Source: Ignavibacteria bacterium
Lineage (GTDB): Bacteria > Bacteroidota > Ignavibacteria > Tepidaquicellales > OLB5
Assembly (NCBI GenBank): GCA_030835025.1
Contig: JAUQWS010000024.1
Span: forward strand, 7,230 to 71,229
Direction of reading: 5' to 3'
DNA length: 64,000 nucleotides
Under the pieces are notes generated by a model. The model had not been told where the DNA came from and did not search any database. It was given only the letters and a program-made list of their open reading frames with translations. Positions 39,789 through 49,800 of the stretch are shown here, in pieces. The position numbers were made by a program, and so were the translations under genes. The stretch's first letter is position 1. Every line of letters begins with the position of its first letter.

Positions 39789-41561
39789 ATGAAAAAAATA
39801 TTAACCGTTGTACTTTTGGCTGCCCTCAATATCTTCGTCTTCGCTGACAGTCATAAGGCGATCAAACTCGATAAGTCGCTCGAGGATGGTTCGGCGGTAA
39901 CAAACGGAGTTCCGGGCAAGATCACGTACGGTAGAACTGTTGCTCTGGATACGTCGAGAAGAGTCCCGGGTCTTACGAGTTGGTGGGATTATCTTACCAA
40001 TGGTCAGAACCAAAGAATGGTTGCAGTTTTCGGAGATACCGTTCTTGTTGCAAATTCATATTGCGATTCTGCTAGGGCGCAAACCTCAAATGGCAGGGTG
40101 ATATACTACCAGATCAGTTACAATGGCGGAGCAACCTGGGAAGCAGACCCAATACTTGTTCAGGCACAGCCTTTGGGCGGTGCATATCCTGACATATTTC
40201 CTGTATTTGTTTCCGGAAGCAGGACCATGGCAATAACAGGAAGAAATTTCAATCCCGGAAGCAGAGGTTATGCTGGCGTTGATGTTCTTCTTGGAGCCGG
40301 TTCATTTACAAATACAACAATTCCTGCAGTCGGGTCTGACTATTTTTCATGTTTGCTCAGCTCAACAGAGCTCGGCGGCACGTACCAGTCGGGTGATTCA
40401 CTGTTCTTCAGGAAATACAATTACACAAATAACACATTTGGCACACGGCAGATTATTGCTACGCCGACCGCTGAAATTGATGCAAACGGAAGAAAATGTA
40501 TCGCTTCATCAAGCAACGGCCAGAATATATTCATAATGTGGTATGTATCAACTGCAGGTGTTGAAAAACTCGCAGGTAAATTCTCTTCAGATGGCGGAAG
40601 TACATGGGGCGCTATGCAGACAGTTATGCCCACTACTTACACAGTCGGCGGAGATGTCACAACTCCCTGGTTTGGCATGGATGTAACATACAAACCTAAC
40701 ACAAGCACTGTAAGTGCTGCATGGTGTACACAGCCAGATGCCAGTGTGAAGGGATACAAAATACTTTACTGGTCACCCGGAATTAACGGCGGGAACCCTG
40801 TGAAAGTAGCAGACTGGACCAATATGCCCGTGCTCGGAGATACAGCATGGATGTTCAATTCCACTGCGCTTATCCAGGTTGGAATGACCTATGTGTCGCA
40901 TCCAACGCTTGCATATTCGTCCGATGGAACAAGGCTGTTCTGTTCATTTAACTCTGTTCAGAAGGACAGCATTGTCTATCCCGATAACAGTGTCTATCTA
41001 TTTAATGATGTTTACATTTGTTATTCCGATAATGACGGTGCAACATGGTCAACACCTGTAAAACTTGCAAGCTGCACAGTTGATGGTGACGAAATATATC
41101 CCAGTTTATCAAAAACCGGGAACACTCCCGGAAGCGTCGGAATAGTGTATCAGCTTTCGGCATTCCCCGGAAGCTCAAGCTTCAGCCAGACAACTGCTCC
41201 GGTTTCTAAGAACTGGATCATCTACAACAGGGTAGATCCTGTAACAGGAAATTCTTTGCCGATAGGTATAAACACTTTATCTACAGAGGTTCCTGATGCT
41301 TTCTCATTAAGCCAGAACTATCCGAATCCGTTTAACCCGACTACTAAGATAAAATTTGATGTGAAGTCAGCAACAAATATCAATATCAAAGTATTCGACG
41401 TTACAGGAAGAGAAGTTGCAAAGCTTGTAAATAATGAATTCGTAAAGGCAGGTACTCATGAAGTTACCTTTGATGCTGCAAGGTTTGCCAGCGGTGTTTA
41501 TTTCTATACACTTGAAGCAGACAATGTTAAGCTGACGAAGAAAATGATGCTTGTTAAGTAA
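39789..41561 (+). CDS. Secreted Asp-box (BNR) beta-propeller protein with T9SS CTD, paralog 2
   Basis: WDYLTNG; SYNGGATW, SSDGGSTW and SDNDGATW; CTD LSQNYPNPFNP...KKMMLVK. Confidence 0.85.
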   Translation: MKKILTVVLLAALNIFVFADSHKAIKLDKSLEDGSAVTNGVPGKITYGRTVALDTSRRVPGLTSWWDYLTNGQNQRMVAVFGDTVLVANSYCDSARAQTSNGRVIYYQISYNGGATWEADPILVQAQPLGGAYPDIFPVFVSGSRTMAITGRNFNPGSRGYAGVDVLLGAGSFTNTTIPAVGSDYFSCLLSSTELGGTYQSGDSLFFRKYNYTNNTFGTRQIIATPTAEIDANGRKCIASSSNGQNIFIMWYVSTAGVEKLAGKFSSDGGSTWGAMQTVMPTTYTVGGDVTTPWFGMDVTYKPNTSTVSAAWCTQPDASVKGYKILYWSPGINGGNPVKVADWTNMPVLGDTAWMFNSTALIQVGMTYVSHPTLAYSSDGTRLFCSFNSVQKDSIVYPDNSVYLFNDVYICYSDNDGATWSTPVKLASCTVDGDEIYPSLSKTGNTPGSVGIVYQLSAFPGSSSFSQTTAPVSKNWIIYNRVDPVTGNSLPIGINTLSTEVPDAFSLSQNYPNPFNPTTKIKFDVKSATNINIKVFDVTGREVAKLVNNEFVKAGTHEVTFDAARFASGVYFYTLEADNVKLTKKMMLVK

Positions 41562-41578
41562 AATTCAGCAATATTATT

Positions 41579-41612
41579 AAAAAGGCAAAGCATTAGCTTT
41601 GCCTTTTTTTTT
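41579..41612 (+). terminator. Rho-independent terminator
   Basis: AAAAAGGCAAAGC-atta-GCTTTGCC followed by a long T-run. Confidence 0.9.
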
Positions 41613-41696
41613 GCCTCTGAATTCGCAGAAATCAACACTATTCACTTAAGTTGACCTCTATTAAATAAGGCATATTCATATACTTGCCATATTTTC

Positions 41697-41734
41697 AAAT
41701 TATACTTGAATTCAATCAATAATTCAATTATATT
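41697..41734 (+). promoter_or_regulatory. Sigma70-type promoter of paralog 3
   Basis: TTGAAT (41706-41711), 17-bp spacer, TATATT (41729-41734). Confidence 0.65.
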
Positions 41735-41788
41735 TATTAATATAAATCGAAAATTTCGTTAATAATAATCTAAGAAAGGCACCATAGT

Positions 41789-43567
41789 ATGAAAAGACTT
41801 ATTCTGCTTACTGTCGCTTTGACACTTATAGCGGCTGTGTTTTATAATACTACAGATAGGAGACCGGTAAAAGTTGATTTCGTGAAAGAAACCGGCACCA
41901 ACGTAGTCGATTCTAAAGCCCCATCCGGCTACCAGCCCAACTCGGTTCTGGATACACTCGGAACTATCCCGGGGATGAAAGGGTATTATGACTACCAGAC
42001 AAACGGTAACAATACCCACAGAATTTGGGTCAAGGGTGATACTGTTATAGCATCAGTTGATCAAACTGATTCTGCAAACGCTCAGACATCAACTGCAAGA
42101 AGGTCTTATTATCAGGTTTCTTACAATAATGGTGCAACCTGGGAAGCTGATGCTATTTTAGTCAGCACAAGCGGTAACGCTTACCCTGATCTTCAGCCAA
42201 TGATCCTTTCCGGCAGCAGAACAGTAGTTATGACCGGCAGGCAGTTTGACGGAACCGGTGGAAGGCATGGTTATACCGGAGTTGACGTGCTTCTCGGAGC
42301 AGGTTCGTTTACAAATACTATTGTAGGTAATAGCGGAAGCGATAATTTTGGTATGCCAATAAACGCAAACGAGCTCGGTTGCGGCTGGCTTGGTGCACTT
42401 CCTTCAGATTCGATATTCTTCGGAAAATTCAATATTAACACAAATACTTATTCAGGTGTACAGTTGCTCGCTTCAAGCGTACCGGCAAGCGCAAGACAGT
42501 ACACTGCTGCCAACCGCAACCAGAATGTTGCTGTTGCATGGTGGAAATCCGTTGCTCCGACATCACTTGTATATAGAGAGTCCAATAATAACGGTACTTC
42601 TTTTGGTGCAGAACAGACAATAATAACAGAAGGAACTGTTGTCAACGGAACTGCAATTGCACCATGGTTCAATGCAGATATGATATATAAACCGGGCACC
42701 ACTCAGTTATGCATGGCATTTGGTACTCTTTTGACCGGTAATTTCGGAACAGCAGGCGGTTATAAGCTTATGTTCTGGTCACCGGCAGTTAACGGCGGAA
42801 CTCCGGTTAAAGTTGTTGATTTTGCAAACTATCCTCCGATGGCTGATACTAACATCTGGAATGACAGGCTGAGAAACGTCCAGGTTGGTATGACTGCAAT
42901 GTCTCATCCGGGACTTGCTTTCAGTTCAGATGGTTCAAGGCTGTTTGTAGTTTATTCAGGTACTCAGCTTGATACAGTAAACAGTACCAATTACAGTGCC
43001 GATGGTTCTTATAACTACAATGATATTTATGTACAGTATTCTGATAACAATGGTTCAACATGGAGCGCTCCGAGAAATCTGACTAATACTGCTACGCAGG
43101 ATGAAATTTACCCGTCAATTTCTCCGACTGATAATGCACTCACAGTCATTTCGATAACTTACCAGTTATCAGAGTGCCCCGGCTCGACAAGCTTTACAAA
43201 TACCACAACTCCGATATGCCCGGTTCACCAGATCTTCAGAAAGTATGATCCGGTAACTGGACTTATCATCGGTATCCAGAATATTTCAAGCGAGATACCA
43301 AGCGGTTACTCTCTGAAACAGAATTTCCCGAATCCGTTCAATCCTGTTACAAAGATCAGGTTTGATCTTCCAAAATCAGGTAATGTAACACTAAAAGTGT
43401 TTAACACTGCCGGACAGTTGGTGAAGATACTTGCTGATAATGAGTTCACAGGTGCGGGAGTCAAAGAGGTCAGTTTCGAAGGTAACGGACTGGCCAGCGG
43501 AGTGTATTTCTATACGCTCTCTGTTGGAGAGTTTAGTGAAACCAAGAAAATGGTTTTGGTAAAATAA
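41789..43567 (+). CDS. Secreted Asp-box (BNR) beta-propeller protein with T9SS CTD, paralog 3
   Basis: YDYQTNG; SYNNGATW, SNNNGTSF and SDNNGSTW; CTD LKQNFPNPFNP...KKMVLVK. Confidence 0.85.
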   Translation: MKRLILLTVALTLIAAVFYNTTDRRPVKVDFVKETGTNVVDSKAPSGYQPNSVLDTLGTIPGMKGYYDYQTNGNNTHRIWVKGDTVIASVDQTDSANAQTSTARRSYYQVSYNNGATWEADAILVSTSGNAYPDLQPMILSGSRTVVMTGRQFDGTGGRHGYTGVDVLLGAGSFTNTIVGNSGSDNFGMPINANELGCGWLGALPSDSIFFGKFNINTNTYSGVQLLASSVPASARQYTAANRNQNVAVAWWKSVAPTSLVYRESNNNGTSFGAEQTIITEGTVVNGTAIAPWFNADMIYKPGTTQLCMAFGTLLTGNFGTAGGYKLMFWSPAVNGGTPVKVVDFANYPPMADTNIWNDRLRNVQVGMTAMSHPGLAFSSDGSRLFVVYSGTQLDTVNSTNYSADGSYNYNDIYVQYSDNNGSTWSAPRNLTNTATQDEIYPSISPTDNALTVISITYQLSECPGSTSFTNTTTPICPVHQIFRKYDPVTGLIIGIQNISSEIPSGYSLKQNFPNPFNPVTKIRFDLPKSGNVTLKVFNTAGQLVKILADNEFTGAGVKEVSFEGNGLASGVYFYTLSVGEFSETKKMVLVK

Positions 43568-43577
43568 GACAGTATTT

Positions 43578-43609
43578 AAAGGGACAAAGCAAAAAACTTT
43601 GTCCCTTTT
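43578..43609 (+). terminator. Rho-independent terminator
   Basis: AAAGGGACAAAG-caaaaaa-CTTTGTCCCTTTT. Confidence 0.8.
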
Positions 43610-43674
43610 AGCTTTACCCCACCACACTAATTATATAACGTTTCAAATGCTAAACAATTAATTAATAATTTCTT

Positions 43675-43712
43675 AAATTATACTTGACTTCACTTTTTAA
43701 TTGTATTATATT
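43675..43712 (+). promoter_or_regulatory. Sigma70-type promoter of the TonB-dependent receptor operon
   Basis: TTGACT (43684-43689), 17-bp spacer, TATATT (43707-43712). Confidence 0.7.
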
Positions 43713-43898
43713 TCGTTTGACTTAGATAAACAGAGAAGTTGGATTTTGATGCTGATGCAGGAAACAATAAGTTTAGTTTTAAGAGTTATAAAGAAATCAA
43801 AATTTAAAAAGGAATTTTTTATTAGATAATTTTTATATTTATGTGATGGTTCCGGGTGCTTACCGGCGCTATCCAAAAACAAATCGGAGGTAATATAA

Positions 43899-46862
43899 AT
43901 GAGGCTATTTAACCATTTCTTCTTAGCCCTTCTTCTTATACTGACATGTAAGGTTACGGAGACATATTCATCCGGCTCTGATTACTACGGCACAACAGGA
44001 AAAGTTGCCGGCGTTGTGAGAGACGATAAAGGTGAATTGCTGATCGGTGCGAGGGTAGAAATTGAGGGAACTCAGTTTCGGGCCGGGACCGATGAAAACG
44101 GAAAGTATGCTATACTGAATGTTCCTGTAGGGACTTATTCTGTAAAGTGTACATATGTCGGTTACGATTCACAGATTCAAAATGACGTAAAAGTTAGTGC
44201 AGATTTGACCACAGATCTTGATTTTACAATGACTGCAGGCGGTGTGACATTGGATACTTTTGTTGTTATAGCCAAAAGGAAGACGATCGATAACGGCAGC
44301 GGAAAGATCATTGGGTCTGAATTCATAGAAAATACCGGTATCAGAGGTATCGAAAATATAGTTGCAAAGACATCCGGTGTTGTACAGGATGAAAAAGGCG
44401 GTAATATCAATATCAGAGGCGGCAGAACAGGTGAGACACAGGTTATTATTGACGGTGTTGTCACAAACAATCCTTTGGACAGGAATTCTACTGCAAATGT
44501 TTCTAACGGAGCACTTCAGGAGCTGGCAGTACTTACAGGCGGCTTTAGTGCAGAGTACGGTAACGTGCTTAGCGGCGTTATTAATGTTGTTACTAAATCA
44601 GCCACTACCGGTTATACAGGTTCGGTTGAAGTGATCTCTGATGTTGTTGCAGGCGATTACATAAAAACTAAATCACAGGGTTACAATATATACAGCGCAA
44701 GCATTGGCGGACCCGTTATCCCTACCAAGAAATTATCAAAATACTGGAATGTCTTCGGAAGTTACGAAAGGCAATTCTTCCTGGTAGATCAGCCGGTACC
44801 AACTGATGTAGCAGAATTGTGGTCTACGGACGGAATCCTTCCCAACTTTTCAAGGGATGGACATTCATGGACTGCCAAGACCAATATCAGTATTGATGAG
44901 ATGACCAAAGGAAAAGTCAAGATTCTTTTGACAGCAGGTTATCTTGGTAATATGGAAAAATCGCGTTTATGGACCGGTTCATTCGGACTATATAACTCTT
45001 ATCATAATCCGAAAGTGGAAGATGAAAATCACCAGTTCTTCGGAAAGATAAACCAATCAATAGGCTCGAAGACTTTTTATGATCTGCAGGGTTCGTATAT
45101 GGTTACAACTTACAAAAGAGGTGATGGCATATACTATATAGATGAGACCTTCAAGGACCTGAACGGCCAGTGGAACTTCCCTTCACTTTTGGCATATGGT
45201 GATACCCTGGTTGTTCCGGGAATACCGGCACAAGGGTTCTCAATTTCTAACTCGGTCAATTCCGGCGTATTCAGAAATCCGGGAGATGTAAGCAGTTTGG
45301 CAGAGAAAAAGAAAACTGAGCAAATGTCATTTAACCTTGATTTTACTCACCAGATTCAGACAAAGAAATACGGTGATCATGAAATAAAGCTCGGCGGTGA
45401 GTACAAACAGTTCAAAGTCAGAAAATTCAGTGTTTCGCCGCTTGGCTATTCGACTGTCAATAACCCGAACAAATTTGCTGATTCCTCCGGCTTCAATATC
45501 AGGATGCCGGATATTTATGAAAATGACGCAAACGGAAATTTTCTGGAAGCATTTGGCTATGACCCGTACGGTAATGAGATCGAAGACGATTACTTTGATC
45601 CTAACGGTATGAACATTGCTGAAGGTCCCAGGAAACCAAGGATAGGTGCATTCTACTTCCTTGATAAGATGGAATTTGATTATTTTAACACTAATGTGGG
45701 TATCAGGGTAGACTACTTGGACCCTAACACATTATCACCTGTAGATTACAGGAATCTAAAAGGAGCTGATGGAGTTCTGAATCAGGATGACTACGTAAGC
45801 ACTGAAAAGACAATTTCGGTCAGCCCCAGACTTGGTTTTTCGTTCCCAATAACTGAAAAGACTATTTTCCATGCACAATACGGTAAGTTCATTCAGCTGC
45901 CGGCATTAGAGAACCTTTACACAAATCAGCGCGTTTTGAGAGATCTTGCTGATGGCGGAGTAGGATATTTTACTATCTTCAATAACCCGCTTTTGAAGCC
46001 TGAGAAGACAACTGCGTATGAATTAGGTATAAAACACAGTGCCGGCGATTATGTAACTTTGGGATTGACTGCTTACTATAAGGAAACTTCAGACCTCATT
46101 CAGGCAAAAAATATCAAGGCTTATGATCTTTCATACAGCTTTGCTATCTATGATAACGGTGATTTCGGAATAATCAGGGGTGTTGATTTCAGTCTTGATC
46201 TCAGAAGGATCAACAGATTGAGGGCATCTGTTTCCTATAGTCTTGCGTTTGCTTCCGGAACAGGTTCAGACTTGAATACATTAAGCAATGTTGCATACAA
46301 TGGTGATGAACCTCCAAAAATGCCTTCTGCTTTAAGCTTTGACCAGAGGCACACAGGATCGATCGAGCTTGATTACAGATGGGGAACAAATGATGTTCCG
46401 AAAGGTTTTGGAGGAGCAATTCTTTCGAGGCTTGGACTTAATGTTCTGTTCAGCTTTAACTCAGGCAGGCCTTATACTCCGCAGAATAATTCGACTGATC
46501 CGCTTGCTGTAGCTTCCGGATTACAGTCAAATCAGCCAAATGCACCGATTAATTCTGCATACTGGCCGTGGAATTACAGACTTGATCTGAAGCTTGATAA
46601 AAGCGTAAGGCTGTTCAACAAGCTTAATGCAAACATATATCTGCTTGCAATTAACGTTCTTGATCAGGAGCTTATTAATGGAGTATTTGCAGGATCAGGT
46701 GAACCGGGAAATACCGGCTGGCTTGATAGCTTCCCCGGAAAACAATGGGCACTAGCAAACGGACCCGAAGCAGTCAGACTATATCAAATACGCTCGCATG
46801 CAATAAATAATTTCGGTCCGCCAAGGCAAGTCAGGCTTGGATTTAGATTATTTTTTAATTAA
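43899..46862 (+). CDS. TonB-dependent receptor with N-terminal carboxypeptidase-regulatory-like domain
   Basis: TGKVAGVVRD...GELLIGA; plug NIRGGR...IIDGV and GGFSAEYGN...GVINVVTK; SPRLGFSFPI, NPLLKPEKT and terminal PRQVRLGFRLFFN; GGAGG Shine-Dalgarno. Confidence 0.95.
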   Translation: MRLFNHFFLALLLILTCKVTETYSSGSDYYGTTGKVAGVVRDDKGELLIGARVEIEGTQFRAGTDENGKYAILNVPVGTYSVKCTYVGYDSQIQNDVKVSADLTTDLDFTMTAGGVTLDTFVVIAKRKTIDNGSGKIIGSEFIENTGIRGIENIVAKTSGVVQDEKGGNINIRGGRTGETQVIIDGVVTNNPLDRNSTANVSNGALQELAVLTGGFSAEYGNVLSGVINVVTKSATTGYTGSVEVISDVVAGDYIKTKSQGYNIYSASIGGPVIPTKKLSKYWNVFGSYERQFFLVDQPVPTDVAELWSTDGILPNFSRDGHSWTAKTNISIDEMTKGKVKILLTAGYLGNMEKSRLWTGSFGLYNSYHNPKVEDENHQFFGKINQSIGSKTFYDLQGSYMVTTYKRGDGIYYIDETFKDLNGQWNFPSLLAYGDTLVVPGIPAQGFSISNSVNSGVFRNPGDVSSLAEKKKTEQMSFNLDFTHQIQTKKYGDHEIKLGGEYKQFKVRKFSVSPLGYSTVNNPNKFADSSGFNIRMPDIYENDANGNFLEAFGYDPYGNEIEDDYFDPNGMNIAEGPRKPRIGAFYFLDKMEFDYFNTNVGIRVDYLDPNTLSPVDYRNLKGADGVLNQDDYVSTEKTISVSPRLGFSFPITEKTIFHAQYGKFIQLPALENLYTNQRVLRDLADGGVGYFTIFNNPLLKPEKTTAYELGIKHSAGDYVTLGLTAYYKETSDLIQAKNIKAYDLSYSFAIYDNGDFGIIRGVDFSLDLRRINRLRASVSYSLAFASGTGSDLNTLSNVAYNGDEPPKMPSALSFDQRHTGSIELDYRWGTNDVPKGFGGAILSRLGLNVLFSFNSGRPYTPQNNSTDPLAVASGLQSNQPNAPINSAYWPWNYRLDLKLDKSVRLFNKLNANIYLLAINVLDQELINGVFAGSGEPGNTGWLDSFPGKQWALANGPEAVRLYQIRSHAINNFGPPRQVRLGFRLFFN

Positions 46863-46880
46863 AATCTAATATGAAAAATC

Positions 46881-49800
46881 ATGAATAATTATATTTTGAA
46901 AAATAAACTAATAATACTCCTGATATTATGCCTTGCTTATAGTTTTACAGCATATGCAGGTGAGCATAGGGACAGGAGAACAACAAAGGTTGTGCCCTAT
47001 ACTGATTCACGTGCAGGTATAGAGCAATTATTTATGCAGGGTAATAATATAAACACAACTTTCAGGTCTGATGGAATTTTTAATTATGACTGGATCACTT
47101 TTACTGATAAAGATGCCGGTATGATCTGGCCTGTTACGTCCAGTTCCAGAAAGACAGTTAATTTTACATCAGGTATCTGGGTCGGCGGTAAAGTAAACGG
47201 ACAGATAAGAACTGCAATTGCAGCTTATGCCTCGCATTTTACGCCGGGTGATATCCCTGTTTTAGGACAAGTCACTCCTCAGTCAGTTTGTAACGACCCG
47301 AGATTCAGGATTTATTACGTTCAGCTTACCGATCCTACTTTGGTAAACGGAGGTTCAAAAACAAAAATAGCTGGCGGAAGAAACTACAATTTTGAATTTG
47401 ATCCATGGTCAGCCTGGCCGATAGATCTTGGTGCACCTTACGTAGAGGTCAATAACATACCTGGTTATCAACCGGGTATAGGTAGTGACAGGCCGGGTAT
47501 CGGCAACAGTGAAGCAATTCCGGATGAAATTTCGTTTATGGTTTACCAGGATTATAGTAATTGTACAAACAATATACATAATTCCGAAATTTCGCTTCCC
47601 GGCGGTACTTTACCACTCGGATGCCAGGTGCAGCAAATAGCCTTTAATTTCAATTCACCCGGTTTAACAGATATGTATTTTGTTAAATGGAAGGTTATTA
47701 ACAGAAGCGCAAATACATGGGACAGCACTTACATTTCGGTTTTTGATGATGCAGATATCGGAAGCGGTTCCTGCGGTTCTTCTGATGATGCTGTTGGATG
47801 TGATACGGCGCAGAATGTAGGTTATGTATATAACGGAGACAATAATGACTGCAATTATGGTGAAGCACCGCCTGCCACAGGCTACAAGTATTTGCAGAGC
47901 CCGCTGGTTTATACAGGCAATCCGAATGATACAGTGCGTTTGCCATACGAGACACTAATTGGATATGTTGCATTGGGATTGACCGGATTCAATTTCTTTA
48001 CAAATTCCAACCCTGATCAATGTTTGAATGATCCTGATGAATACGTTGCTGGATATAACTTTATGAAAGGATTAGATGGCTGCGGACGCACAAAATTGAA
48101 TCCGTTTACCGGTCAGCCGACATTATTTTCATATGACGGAAATGCATGTACAAGGACAGGTACCAATAACTGGTTTGATAGTGCATCACCGCCGCGTGAT
48201 GTAAGATTCATGCAGAATTCGGGTCCTTTTACAATGCATTCAGGCGATACACAGATCGTTGTAATCGGCAGTTTTGTAGGCAAGGGAGGAAATAATATCC
48301 AAAGTCTTTGCGTACTTCTGAATAATGCTGCAAGAGTGCAGAGAATTTATGATTTGAATTTCAGGTCTATTCCTCTTCCTCCGCCACCTCAGGTTAATGC
48401 TGTTGCAGACGGCGACGGAAAAGTAACTCTTTATTGGGGGAGTATTTCAGAACCCTATCATGCATTTGATGCTATCGATCTGACAGGATATTGGGACTTC
48501 CAGGGTTACGAAGTTTACCAGATCAGGCCCGGAACAGGCGGCGATAATGAATCAGACAGAAGACTTATCGCAGTCTATGATATAGTTGACAGCATAACGA
48601 CTGTTTGGGATAGTCTTGAGGTCCTGCAGCCAAATGGAAATACGGAAATAGAAGTTAAGCCAACTGCGATCGGAACAAACTCAGGTATTTCCAGGCATAT
48701 TGTGCTGACACAAAACGCGTTTCCTCCGGGCGTTAATAATTTCTTTATTAACGGTCAGTCTTATAAATTTGCTGTTGTTGCATACGGAGTGAACAAGAAT
48801 GCACTGAAACCTGCAAAAGTGCTTAAGAACACCATATCGTCTCAGATTATTGAAGTTATCCCGAATTATCCTGCTTTGGGAACAGAATTCACAAACAGGA
48901 ATCTAGATACTTTAGTAACAGACAGAACGGATAGAGGTTTTGTTCCTATAGTTATAGATCCCAAGAGGGTGATAACTGCAACATACAAGCAGATATTCAA
49001 AAATGATGTTGGGTACAGCATAGTAAGGGTTATTAATAACTCACAGGTTGATACGATAGTAGGTTATTCCACAAATAGGGCAATACAGAATAACGATGCG
49101 TATGTAATTGATGGGATACTCTTCAAGGCTGATACGATAGCAAGAGTAAACTATGGCGTTATAAGAGATCCGTCTCCGACTTCTCAAACCTCCGGAAGGG
49201 GCTGGACTTATTCGGGTTCGAATCTGAATTTTGCCGGCGTGGATACTGCTGGACTTACAGCAGCATATCCAACAGGCAATTATAAGGCAATGCAAAGTAT
49301 GTCTATGGGACTCAGCTGGGCTTCAGGAAGTAACTTCAAATCAGGGTTCAACAGTAAGATCGATACAGGAACATTCCTAAAGACTTACAGCTTGAAGAGA
49401 GTGAAGATCACTTTCGGGCAGACTCAAAAGGCTTACAGATACAGAGGTGCAGTTAATAACTCGCCGTACCAGGATTATGTTGATGTTCCGTTCAAAGTGG
49501 AAATTGATGATCCGCTGGATACGAACACCAATGTTCCAAGGCAGGTTAACATTGCATTCTTTGACGGAGACTCAAGCGGTACGTGGAATCCGAAAGCTTC
49601 TCCGTATGGCGGACTTGAAATGGTATATATATTTTACTCTAATTATTCTGAGTCACCAAATACGTTTTACACAACAAAAAATATAAACTTCACCACACAG
49701 TTCAGGAACACTGATTGTATGTATATATGGTGGCCACGGCTTCTGAATAACGGCCCGGCTTTCCAGAGCGGAGATATACTCAGAATCATTCCGTACACTG

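Noticed and set aside
37948-43567. Calling the three propellers sialidases
   Set aside because: Asp boxes alone are not diagnostic and no FRIP/RIP motif is visible.
37660-43567. Diversity-generating retroelement or recombinational cassette shuffling among the paralog C-termini
   Set aside because: No reverse transcriptase in the window; CTD similarity is at protein level with synonymous divergence, not adenine-specific TR/VR pairs.
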